Below, one piece after another: positions 1-12,559 of a stretch of 64,000 nucleotides of DNA. Position 1 is the first letter of the stretch, and each line of letters opens with the position of its first letter. Position numbers and translations under genes: made by a program. The notes beneath the pieces are model-generated. The model ran no database searches, was not told the DNA's origin, and saw only the letters and a list, made by a program, of their open reading frames with translations. This DNA is from Lama guanicoe (taxonomy: Eukaryota): the NCBI GenBank assembly GCA_013239625.1, contig MU053365.1, positions 1,646,115 to 1,710,114 of the forward strand, given 5' to 3'.

Positions 1-420
1 TATATTACTCTATTTTTAGTCTTTTGAGGAATCTCCATACTGTTTTCCATAACGTCTGCACCAAACTACATTTCCACCAACAGTGTAGGAGGGTTCCCTT
101 TTCTCCACAGCCTCTCCAGCATTTATTGTTTGTGAACTTTTGAATGATGGCCATTCTAACTGGTGTGAGGTGGTACCTCATTGTAGTTTTTTTTAACATT
201 TTTTATTGATTTATAATCATTTTACAATGTTGTGTCAAATTCCAGTGTTCAGCACAATTTTTCAGTCATTCACGGACATATACACACTCATTGTCACATT
301 TTTTTTTCTCTGTGTAGTTTTTTTTTCTCATTGTAGTTTTGATTTGCATTTCTCTGATAATTAGTGACATTGAACATTTTTTCATGTGCCTACTGGCCAT
401 TTGTATGTCTTCATTGGGGA
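1..420 (-). mobile_element. L1 ORF2 3' fragment with a nested short younger L1 3'-end insertion (~191-326)
   Basis: ORF 5..199(-) reads [30 protein letters not shown], the L1 ORF2 C-terminus. The nested insert is flanked by the direct repeat ctcattgtagtttt (177-190 and 327-340). Confidence 0.9.
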
Positions 421-1435
421 ATTCTTACTTGAATCAGAGTTGAGGCTGAGAGGACATTAAAGGAATCCGAGATGCCATATCAAGCATCACATTGGTCCCT
501 ATGAAAAGAGACCTCCTACATGTTGCTAGGCCCCCTCACTAGGAAACATAACAGGAACCCAGTACTGAATTTTCTTCCTTAAAGATTCATGTGTCAAGGA
601 GCCATTCTCATCTGCACCCTGGATACAAGTGAAAGGTACGTGGATAGTAGACTATTCTACAGAGAAAGATTCCCCTTCTTCTTCCCATTCATTCCTGCAT
701 CTACATCTTCTTTCTGCAGTCTCTGGTTCATCACTCTTTTAGCTGCACCTCTGTTTACCATGGCTCTTATTTTGCTCTGTTTTCCTTCCTTGGAAAAAAA
801 TGTTACAGTATAAAGTTTAAGTTGATAAATGTTGAATTAAGCCATACCTGGGTTCCTCTCCCAACTTTACCATTTACTTAAGAACATGGCCTTGGCAAAT
901 TACCTAACCTGTCTGTGACCCAGTTTATTTTTCTGTAAAGTGGGTATAATGGTAGAGTTGTTGTGAGGCATAAATGAAAAAAGATAAACAAAGTACTCAA
1001 GATATATTGATTTTTGTTATAAGCAGAAGTAGTAGTAGTAGTGGTAGTAGTTGTATTACGTGTGTTAAAAACAAAAAATACTGTATGTAAATCCAGTTCA
1101 TATTTTTCAGACCTCATTTTAATTAACCTTTCAGTCAATTGTGGTAAAGTTTCACTATTGATACACTTGGCATATATGACCTCCACACATTTTTTATTTT
1201 CTTTTTACTTTTCTAGGTTCTTTTCTTTCTTTTTGCTATTCTGATTTATAGGATCATCCTTCACTCCCTGACATTTAAATGTGAGAGTTCCTTGGCGCTC
1301 TGTTCTAGGCCCTCTTCTCACTCTACTCTCTTCCAAGGTGATCTCACCTAGGAGTCTCACTCTTCAAAAAACATCTTCAAATAAATATTTCTAGGCCAGA
1401 CCTCTTCTCTGAGTTCAAGATCCATATTTAGATGC

Positions 1436-3274
1436 TGTTGACCTGAAACCAAGAGACTGCCAGGTATTTCTCCAGCAAATATTGGTTTATTCAAAATCAG
1501 CAGACAATTGCAATTTGGGGTCTGCAACAATAGCAAGCCAAGTGCAAGTCCCTGCACTGCAAGGAAAGGAGAACAGTTTATAAAAAAATGGAAAAAAAAA
1601 AAGAGAGGGAAAAGACGTGAGGAGGGTGGTGATGCTGCTGTAGTAAACAAAGAGCTCATGGCTTTTCATTGGCAGAGTCCTTGTTAGGAAAGAATAGGAA
1701 TCTTTTTTCTTTTGGGGCTTGGCTATTGTCACAGGGTGTGAGAGCTCCCCCTTCTGGCCTCACTACTCTTTTTTTTTTTTAATTGAAGTATAGTCAATTT
1801 ACAATCTTGTGTTAATTTCTGGTGTACATGTATATTCCTTTTCATATTCTTTTTTGTTATAGGCCATTACAAGATATTGAATATTGTTCCCTCTGATATA
1901 CAGTAGGACCTTGTTGTTATATTACCTTGTTGCTACTATGTATCTTTTGTATATAGTAGTTAGTATCTACAAATCCTGAACTCCTAATTTATCCCTCCCT
2001 AACCCCTTTTCCTGGGTAACCATAAGTTTGTTTTCTATGTCTATGAGTCTGTCTCTGTTTTGTAAATAGGTTCATTTGTGTCCTTTTTTTCCCCCTTAGA
2101 TTCCACTATATGTGGTATTTTTCTTTCCCTTTCTGGATTACTTCATTTAGTATGACAATCTCCAGTTTCATCCATGTTGCTGCAAATGGCTATATTTTAT
2201 TCTTTTTTATGACTGAGTAGTATTCCATCTTATATATATACCACAACTTCTTTATCCAGACAGCTGTTGATGGACATTTAGGTTGCTTCCATGTCGTGGT
2301 TGTTGTAAATAAACCCACACACCTACAGTCAATTAATCTTCAACAAAGAAAGCAATGATATACAATGGAGAAAAGACAGTCTGTTCGATGAGTGGTGTTT
2401 GGAAAGCTGGACAGCCACATGTAAATCAGTGAAGTTAGAACCCTTCCTCACACCATACACAAAAATAAACTCAAAATGACTTAAAGACTTAAACATAAGA
2501 CAGGACACCATAACACATCTAGAAGAGAACATAGGCAAAACATTCTGTTATAAATCTTAGCAATGTTCTCCTAGGTCAGTGTACCAAGGCAATAGTAATA
2601 AAATAAAAAATAAACAAATGAGACCTAATAAAACTTAATAACTTTTGCACAGCAAAGGAAACAATAAATAAAATGAGAAAAGACAACCTATGGAATGGGA
2701 GAAAATATTTGCAAACAATGCAACTGACAAGGACTTAATTTCCAGAATATACAAATAGCTCATACAGCTCAATAACAAAACAAACAAGCCAACAACAAAC
2801 AAAAACAACCCAGTCAAAAAACGAGCAGAAGATCTAAACAATTCTCCAGTGAAGACATACAGATGACCAATAGGCACATGAAAAAATGCTCAATATCACT
2901 AATTATCAGAGAAATGCAAATCAAAGCTACAATGAGGTATCACCTCACACCAGTCAGAATGGCCATCATTCAAAAGTCCACAAATGATAAATGCTGGAGA
3001 GGGTGTGGGAAAAAGGGAACCTTCCTACACTGTTGGTGGGAACGTAGGTTGGTTTCAGCCATTATGGAAAACAGTATGGAGATTCCTTAAAAACTGAAAC
3101 TAGACTTATTCTATGATCCATCAACCCCACTCCTGGGCATATATCCGGAGGAAACTCTAATTTGAAAATATACGTGCACCCCAGTGTTCATAGCTGCACT
3201 GTTTGTAATAGCCAAGACAATGAAGGAATCCCTATGCTATTTAATTGCAGTTTCCATTTATTAATTTTTTTACA
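1436..3274 (-). mobile_element. Solo ERV1-type LTR interrupted by an L1 (1769-3220)
   Basis: TG...CA termini (tgttgac at 1436, ..taca at 3274), a 4-bp direct repeat atgc (1432-1435 and 3275-3278), and AATAAA on the minus strand near 1490. Confidence 0.55.
1769..3220. mobile_element. 5'-inverted L1 insertion: minus-strand 3'UTR/polyA (1769-2310) plus a plus-strand ORF2 piece (2311-3220)
   Basis: Poly-T starts at 1769, followed by the L1 3'UTR in reverse. ORF 2863..3090(+) is the L1 ORF2 C-terminus. Both pieces meet at the same L1 position (..atagccaagaca / tggaagcaacc). Confidence 0.85.
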
Positions 3275-5214
3275 ATGCTTATCACATGTTTTCATTTGGA
3301 TATCTAACAGTCATTTGAACCTAAATATGTCTAAAATTGAACCCAGTCTTTCCACCAAACATATCAGCTTCAGCAAATGTGACCACCATCAATCTAGCTA
3401 CATAAATCAGCCACCTAAAGGCAGTACTTGATCCATACCCCTACCCCATTCCCACGTATTCTCCATCAAGTCTTGTCTATTTTACCTTTATAATAGCTAG
3501 AATCTGACCACCCTGTACAATCTGCTACCACCCTGATTCAAGCCACCATCATTTCTGACTCACGTGTTTTCAGTAGCCTCCTATCTATTCTTTGTTTATC
3601 CATACTTATACCCTCTTTATAATCTAATCTTAAAGCATACGTGCAATTTATTTCATTCCATTTTGTTAAAAAATCACAAGTTTTACATTGACCTGTTCTC
3701 TGCATCACTCGGGCCATCCTTGCATCTTCAGGGTCTTCTCTTGCTACTTTTCCCCCTTGTCTCTAGACTGTTTAACTTCATTAAATGTTCAATGCTGCTT
3801 TCTGACTTCTTCACCTTTAGAGATGATTTTTGTTCCACCTGGAATGTTTTATTCACTCTTTTTCCACCCATGTTTGTTTAACTACTCATCCTTTAGTTCT
3901 CAGTTAAATACCCTTTTAAGGAAAGGCCTTCTGTGACCTCAGACTAGATTAGCTCCCTCTACTTTGCACTCTCACAAAACCTCTAATTTCATTCTCAGTT
4001 GAATTATTTCACAATTGAAATAAATGATTGATATAATTATTTCTTTAATGAGCCTATAGCTTGAGACGTAGTAAAGAAATTACAGTTATCATCATCATCA
4101 TTACATTTCATTGTGCACTATTTTGGTTGAGGGTCATAGGGAGGGAAGACTTGTTAGCTATTCATAGTTCTTGATATTGGAAGAGAGAGGAAAATATAGA
4201 TAAAGGGACCCATAAGCATGTTGAAGCAAGGAAAGGTTTCTAACCACAGCCTTGTTCAGGGCATGTAGATTGTTACTAGTTTAACTCTATGTCTACAGGT
4301 ATATATTAAAGAATTTAATAGGTAAACTAGAAGCAGTCAGCTCAAACTTTGTCATTATCTTCAAAAGGAAAACATTAGTTTTCTGTTCTACAAAGCCTTA
4401 CAGTATGACAGTTAAAAAGAGCAGGGATCAAAATAGTTACACCAGTCCTTTGAGAGTGCCTGTGTGCAAATATGGGCCTCTGTAAGCTCCCAGGAATGAT
4501 TATCTTCCAACTTTGCTTTGAGTTTGATTAAAGGCCAATCTTATGAAATGGATCTGATGATTTCACTGTCATGTACAGTAAGCCTATAGTGTGTATTTCT
4601 TCTTTGTAGATTTGTTCCAAAGCCTACACAACTGTCATGGGATTTTAGAGCAAAATCTGATCAGACAAACCCTGTTCATCTCCATGATAATGCAGAGGAA
4701 CTTTCCAGCTGGGAACAAGGAAACTGAGACCAAAGGCAGCAAATGCAAACATTTTAACAGTGAGGGGCTTACCAAGACTCTGAGGCACTTCTGGTTTGTT
4801 TCCTTTTGCTGCTGTTCATTAACAAGTCTTTTCTAATTTATGAAGAATTTTATTTTCAGTTTTGAAAACATTTGTAGATTAAAAAGAATTAAATTCCAAG
4901 TAAATTTAATGTAAACCAAAAATTATTTTCTAAAAATCAAATTAAGAAGGAAAAAACAAAGATTCCTGTTATAGATTACTGAGGTCAACCACCATTATTG
5001 TTGAGTACAGTATAGCTTTCCCTCTTCTGTGTGATCTGTCTGCATCTGCAATACCATAGCATGTCCTGTGTCCACGATGCAATGAAACTTCAGTACAGGT
5101 TATTCAGTGCAGGATATCTTGTGGAATTTTGTATCACTCATGTGCATATGTCTGCAGCAAGAACAATGCTTCCACTATTCTCAGCCTTAAGAGCATGACG
5201 AACCACTAAAGTGT

Positions 5215-5400
5215 TTTTTAAAAATAAACTTTTTTATTGAAATAATTGTAGATCCACCTGCAGTTGTAAGAAATAAGACAGAGACATCCCTGTATACTTT
5301 GCTTAGTTTCCCCAAGTGGTAACATTTTGCAAAACTATAGTAAAACAACCAGGAAATTGATATTAATACAGATCTTATTCAAATTTTGTTTTATTTGTAC

Positions 5401-5435
<35 letters not shown>

Positions 5436-6560
5436 GTTCTCTGCAATTTTATCATTACCTGGTAGGTTCACATATCCACTACTACATTCAAAACACTGAG
5501 TAGTTCCAGCATCACAAGGATCCCTCTTGTTGCCCTTTAATAACCATGAACACCACCCCCTCCACTCCCATCCCTAAACCTAATCCCTAACCCCTAATTA
5601 ATTCATAATCCCATCCACCAATCTGTCTTCTGTCATCTAATTTGTAGCCTTTTGGGACTGTTTTTTTATTCACTCAGCATAACTCAGCTGATCACTCATC
5701 CAGGTGGTTGTATGTTAGCAGCAGTTTAGTCCTTTGCACTGCTGAGTAGTATTCCATGGCATGGATGTACGACAGTTTGTTTAACCAGTCATTTGTTGGA
5801 GGACATCTGGAATGATTCCAGCTTTTGGCTATTACAAATAAAGGTGCTACCTGTACATGTTTTGGGTGAACATGTTTTCATTTTTCTGGTATAAATGCCC
5901 AAGAGTACAGTTGCTGGGTTGTATTGTACTGCATGGTTATTTTAAAAATTGCGAGACTGCTTTCCAGAGTGGCTGTACTGATTTATATTCCCACAAGCAA
6001 TGTACGAATGACTCAGGTTTCTCCACATCTTCCCTTTTGATGTTGTCACTATTTTTTTTTCAAGCTGTTATGGTAAGTGTGTCCTGATATGTCATTGTTA
6101 TTTTAATGTGCAATTCCCTGTCAGCTAATAATGTTGATGAACTGTTCATGTGCTTCGTCGACATCTGTGTATCTTCTTTGGTAAAATGTTCATGTCATTT
6201 TCAAATTTTCTAATTTTTTTCTGTTGAGTTTTGAGAGTTCTTTATATATTGTACATATGAGTACTTTGTTGAATATGTAGTTTGCAAATATTTTCTCTCA
6301 GTTTATGGCTTGTATTTTAATCCTCTTCAAATGTGCTTTCAGAGCAATATTTGATTTAAAAAATTGCTGAAAAAATATTTTATGAGGTAAAGTTTTTAAA
6401 TTTTCCCTTTTATCGATTTTTTTTTATATGAAGCCTATGAATTCTTTGCTATATGTTAAATCCCAAGGATTTTCTTCTATGCTGTTTTCCCCCCAAAGTT
6501 TTATAGTTTTATGTTTAATCCATTGTGAGTTAAATGTGTGAGACATTGGTCAATTTTATT
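5215..6560 (-). mobile_element. Old L1M 3' region
   Basis: Reverse L1 3'UTR/ORF2 motifs (gctgagtagtattccatgg, tttccagagtggctgtac, tttgcaaatattttctc). Confidence 0.8.
5403..5432. repeat. (TG)n microsatellite
   Basis: About 15 TG units seen directly. Confidence 0.95.
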
Positions 6561-6846
6561 TTTGGTCAGATGCTTTTTTAAAAATGGGAAATGACATAAC
6601 CTGATCTTTGAAATAACAGTTCTGAAAACAGGGTAGAGGTTGGACAAAAATGGAGATATACTGATATGGAATCCAATTGGAATCTATTAGGTAAAAGCAA
6701 GAGATGATGGCTTTACATGAATAGCACCCATAGAAATTAGGAAGAGGAAACTAGATCGATGAGGTGTATAACTTTGGAACATGTATATTTAAACAAAGGA
6801 TGAAGAAAAGGAGAACCAATGAAGAGCACTAAAATGGAAACACTGG

Positions 6847-7400
6847 TGTTAGTTATCTATTGTGTGACAATATTACCACAAACTTTGTGGCTTAAATAGC
6901 ACACATTTTTTTGTCTCGCTGTTTCTGAGTCAGGAATCTGGGTACAGCTTAGCTAGGTCATCTCCCTCAGGGTTTCACAAGGCTGAAATCCAGGTGTTGG
7001 CTGGGACTATGGTCGTATTTGAAGCTCAATTGGGGAAGAATTTATCCCTAAGTTCATGTGGATGTTGGTGAAATTCAGCTTCCTGTAAATACTTTTGGAC
7101 TGAGGGCCTCATTTTCTTGATGGCTGTTAGCTGGAAGTCAAACAATTCTTTCAAACATGGGACTCCCCAACATAGCCACTTGCTCCATCAAAGCTAGCAA
7201 GTGAGGCAATCTTGTAACTAGACAGATGCCACTTTCCTATATAGTGTAATCTCAGAACTGGACTAACATCACTTTTACTATATTCCTTTGGTCAGAATCA
7301 AGTCACAGGTCTCACCCACACTCAGAAAGAGTATATCACAAAAGGGCTTGACTGCCAGAGGCAGTGACAACTGGGGATCATCCTTGATTTTGTCCACAAC
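6847..7400 (-). mobile_element. MaLR (MLT1-type) solo LTR
   Basis: Characteristic tgttagttatctattg..ttaccacaaactttgtggcttaaa..caggaatctgggtacagcttagct..aagtcacaggtctcacccacactcag text. Confidence 0.75.
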
Positions 7401-10400
7401 AGTCAGTTAAGAAGAAAATCAAGAGAGTTTTATCTGGTAGATAAGGTTGACTCCATGATTAAGACAGTAGGATAGAAAAATAAACAGTAAGGAGATGCCT
7501 GGAAATGTCACATTAACATGACCCTTTTGTAGGACACTGGGGAATCAAACTCAATCAAGTATTTTGTGAGATGGGTTGGTACATGGAAGATTACATGTAT
7601 AAATGCCTAAGTCAGGGCTTAGCACACAGTAAGATCTCCTTAAATATTTGATTCAGAAGTGGATGCAAAATGAATCATTGAGTAAACAAATCACTGAAAT
7701 TATGGAGTTCAGGCAAGAAGCAGAACTGGTGTTCATTAGTAAAAATATTTGAGGATCAAGTCAATGGCATATTGCATTAAAAGGGACAAAAATATTTTTC
7801 AAAACAAAGATATTTTGTCTTCATAGAAAATTATGTTTTCTGACAGCAAACTAATCAATGGATAAAATCCACTAAAGTAAAAAAGGATATCAAATATATG
7901 TCCAGTTGGAAATATCTGAATGCGGAAATTGAATATACATGGGGTTGTTAAGAATTTCTCATTGATTAGAGGTAATTGTAGTTTCCTGCATAATTCCCAG
8001 GAATGAGCTGAGCATTCCCTATTTCCAAGTACAGATTTATTCTCAGCTATAATCCAGTCTCTTCAAATGTGCTGAGATTTGATTGGCCTTCATCTGAAGC
8101 CCTTTGTTAAATGTTATGTAAATTTATGACTACATTTAGACTTTCTGTCAAAAACAAAAACGACAAAACAAAAAACCTGACTTTCTAACTTGTCTCTTCA
8201 ACTGAAGGGAAAAAAATCAAACGTAATCTTAATTACGTATGTACTACATAATGATACATGATCCCACATCATTGGTTAGGTTGAGTTGCCTCTCATTTCA
8301 TCAAATTGACAATTTTTTAATGAGACTCTATCATGTGCAATGCACTGTGAAAGCTTTAAGTAAATTTTCCTTCAATTTTCTAATGCTCTCCTCTCTTCTG
8401 AAGGGTGTTTAAGTTTGATTTGGGGAAAGTTGGTAGGATAAATAAGCCTTTATGTGACGCTTTGAACTAATTTGCACGTATCTACAACAGTGTTCCCATG
8501 GTACACCTCAGAAAGGATTCACAACCTCTTTTTTTAAATTAGAGAAAATAAAGTTTACCACACGATATATGCTATAAGCCAGGCATGTAGAGATAATTCA
8601 TTCATATTGCTAACATATATCTGTATAAAGTACATAATCATACAAGAACAAGTGCAGATGAAAAGAACCTAAATTCAAGTGATAATATTTAGAGCAGTAA
8701 TAGTTAGAGAATAATCCCTCATTCACACTGTCAGTGTGTTTTTTGTCTGCGTATGTGCACTGACACTGGCTACGTGTCTGTGTCAATGAATTATAACAGA
8801 AGTGAATTTCAGTTAATAAAGTCATAAACATCTGGGCTTTGCAGCACATGATCTGCTGAGTTTTGAATATGAAATGATTTCACTGCCAATAATAAAAGGA
8901 AGCAAGATATCATGAGGTAATTTATGGTATTGTGCTGCCGAGAAGGAAATAGTCCCATTTGCACCATTGTTTACAATCTCTTTTATGTCCACGTACTGTT
9001 CCATGTCTAAGGGAGAGGATATGGTGAGCTTGAAATTGGAGTTGCATCAGTTTCCGGGACAGCGCTTGGCATATGATGGGCACTCAACAATATTTGATGA
9101 AGGAATGAATGCATCGCAGTGAGTAAAGTTTCATGGTCAAAATAAATTGCAATGAATAAAGTTTCATGATCATTTCAGATGAGAGCCCACTTAAGGCAGG
9201 TAAGGACTCTTTATCAACACCATCTTAACATAATCTTACTAGGCACAGATTTGGAAAAGCTTAAACTGACAAAACTGTAAGCAAATCTGGCACTAACCCG
9301 CAAACAGGTAGAGACAAGCCAGAGGGAAAAAGACTGTTTACAATTCTAGTTGCCAAAGCAGGTGCGTGAGAAGTACTGAGGCAGAGGATGGCGGCGTAAA
9401 GCTTACAGTCTGGCAGGGGACACATAGAATTAAACAATCCTGATAGATAACAGTTTCAAGAATCCTGCTGTCCTGTGTATACCTCTGCTTTATCACCAGT
9501 GCCGTGCATGGTATAGGCCCTCAGTAAATATTTGCTATAGATAAATAGATCAGAGAAGTTTCAGAGAAGTGGATGATCTTGTGAAGGTCAAAGGATAGCA
9601 AGGACAGGAATCTTAGAATCCAAGGATGACCAAAGAACTTTGTCTTACACAACTGAATACAGAAATGAACCCACAGGAAGTATGCTGAAGGACAAAAGGG
9701 CATAGGAAGTAGGTCTCTGGCAAACAAAAGAGGCAGTTTCATGGAGAGGACCAAAGTCAACATATTGTTTGCGGTACCAGCGAGGGGAGGAGAGAATTAG
9801 GAAGTATGAATTTCAAAGGAGCATACAGTCCAAAATTTGGTTAGCGGATGATGTGGAAATGGTTTGCACACAGATATTTACCAGGAATTCTTCACATCTA
9901 TTTATAGTGGGTATCATATAATACATATTATCAATTAAAATTCTATGTATGACATTGTAATAAGAGGGATTTTCCTATAATTTGCATAGTGCTAAAATTC
10001 AGGAAAATGGATATATGACTTCCCAATGCAAATTACCCAAGAAAATTCATGAAAATGTGTACAAGTGGAGCTACCACATAAGCATATTCTTGTTGTTTCT
10101 TTATTCAGTCCATTTAAACAGTGTTCTCTATTTAATAAAGAAAATCTTTTGAGGTTTCTCACTTTAACTATTAATACCTCAAATAAACATATTTGGGGAA
10201 AAAATGCAGTACTCTACAAATCAATGGGATTTTGACCAGACAGACCAGGTTTTAAACCTTTTCTCTGCCACTTACCTGACATGTAATGGTGAATAAGTTA
10301 CTCAACTTCCATGAGCTTCAGTTTCCTCACTTAACAATCACATCAAAAATAGCATATATAATATAAGATTGAGTATTTGACCTTTGATTCACTATCTTAT

Positions 10401-12559
10401 AGTGGACACTTAGGAATATGTTGGGGTATTTTGCAGCAAATACTAGCCTAATCAGAGTCTCTATAGTTAGGAGGGGACCAGCGTTATAAAGATCTCCCTC
10501 TTTCTAGGAGATCCTGATAAGATCGTCCCTGCCCCACCTCCCTTCAGCTTAAGCAGTACCTTTGCAGCTGGTGACTCTCACAGGAAGTTCAAAACAAGGA
10601 AAGTGATTCTGTGAAATCATCTCACACACCCCCAGTGATAAATTAATTATAACTTTGAATAAAACAGGTTATGAAACCATTGTGAAGTCTAAATATATTT
10701 CCTTTGCACACACACACCTCTAACCATATCCCCACATACAACCTTCTCATACACGTATGGACACACACACACACACGCACAAATGTGTACAATTACATAC
10801 ACATGCAACAGACCTTCCATCGATAATTTTATTTTCCTTTTTGTATTTCAGTTTGGGGTTTATGTAGAAATTCAGAATTAAGGTAACAAGCTTCAATTAA
10901 AAAATGGTGAAAATATGATGATATTAATGTTAAAGGACTTGATTTACAAAAACCTTTTTAAATAGCGTTTAGCAACTGAAAATTAGCATCCCTGTTGCAA
11001 TTGCAAGCACTAATTTGCAATTTGCTAAATAATTAGTACTTTTTGCCAGCAGGTGTTAATTTGTAACTAAAATGAAAATTCATGAGATCCTTGAGTTAGC
11101 TAGAGTCAGAGTCTTTCATTTCTATACCAGAAATCTTTCCATGGAATGAATTTTCTAAAAGGCTATTAACAGGTTTGGAGAGTAAATCCTGTTTTTATAA
11201 TTTCTGAACTAGAGTTTGCAATTTTTGCTTTCCTACAGAGTCATTATGATGATACCTGTATGAGAAACATTAATCTTCAGAGACAAGCCGAGGCTTGATC
11301 TCTAACTATGAATAATTTCAGTGGTGGTACCAGTCTACTAATATACTTCCACAATTCCCACTGACATACAATAGACTTACAAAAGGTAAATTTCTGTTTA
11401 TCATCATATAATTTCATACTAAATGAAAGTAGAGTCAAATGGAGGGGAAACAAAAAGAGGTTCAAAGCTATTTGAATCAGAATGAGAACCAGATGAGAAC
11501 CAGATAGGGTTATTATAGAGGCTAGGGAATAGAATCTCATGAATCAAGTGGTGGTTGGCTGGTCAGGGACTATGAATTTCCCTTCATTTTTACTGTAGTC
11601 ATGATGTTCTCTGGCTGCTCAGTGGTTCACTGAATGGTTGTTGATGAAAGAGTTAGAGAAAGGTTATTTGGCCCATCATATAGTGAAATGTGCACAGTTA
11701 GATGATACAATGGTTCCCCATAGTCATAATCACACGCACAAAAACAAATGACAGAATAAAATTCAGTTGGATTAGGCTTAAGGAATTGAGGCATCTGTTT
11801 TGAATATTAAACATTAAAAATAGAAAAATGCATGCAGTGATTGGCATTCTCGTGTGAAATTGGGTTTTCTAGTCAAAACATGTGAACATTCATGTTCATT
11901 TCTATTATCTTCCCCTTTCATTCCCTTTACATTATTTATGCCTGCCAAAGCCTTTTCAACTAAAATGGTTACGGTGAATTCACCATTGACAAAACAAATT
12001 TTAACTTAATGGGTCGAGCCCTGAAACTTCCAAGAGACTTAGCTGTGGAATTCCAAAAGATTTTGCTTATAAGAAAAATCTATAACCTTGGGAAATATTA
12101 TTGTACACTAATCATCCTGTTCAAACATTTGTGACATGATTCTGCAATTAAATGGTACTTTTTTTCTGAAAGCCTTACTGTACGTATCAGGAGGCAAATT
12201 GGAAACACAAACCCAGGAAATAGAGGTAACTGTTGAGATAATCTCAGCCAACATTCTGTCTGTTTCCCCTCTCTTGCCCTTTACTCTTTCAGAAACTGTT
12301 TTCTTTATGTGCATTTTGACTCTCTCCTTTGATCATACTTACTAAGTAATCATAGTTACTAAGTGATTGTACAGCGTTAAATCTCATTTTGTCTATGTTT
12401 GAGTGAGGAGCCTTGCAAAATATTGTCAAATCAAGAAAAGTTAATCTGGGATGCTTTAAAGTACAGTTGTACTCTGAAATATATTTAGATATTGTGGGTA
12501 ACTGTCAGTATTTGTAATTTGAATTCTATCTTCTATACTCATTTTTAATTGTTACTAAT

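Larger units (their letters stand above)
1240..4050 (+). mobile_element. Old L2 LINE 3' fragment (pieces ~1240-1435 and ~3280-4050) split by an LTR and an L1
   Basis: L2-like text such as ggccagacctcttctctgagttc, ttgaacctaaatatgtctaaaattgaacc and caagccaccatcatttct; the pieces are collinear across the insertion. Confidence 0.6.

Noticed and set aside
5570..5600. Telomere-like ccctaa repeats
   Set aside because: Only 3-4 imperfect units within an L1 3'UTR.
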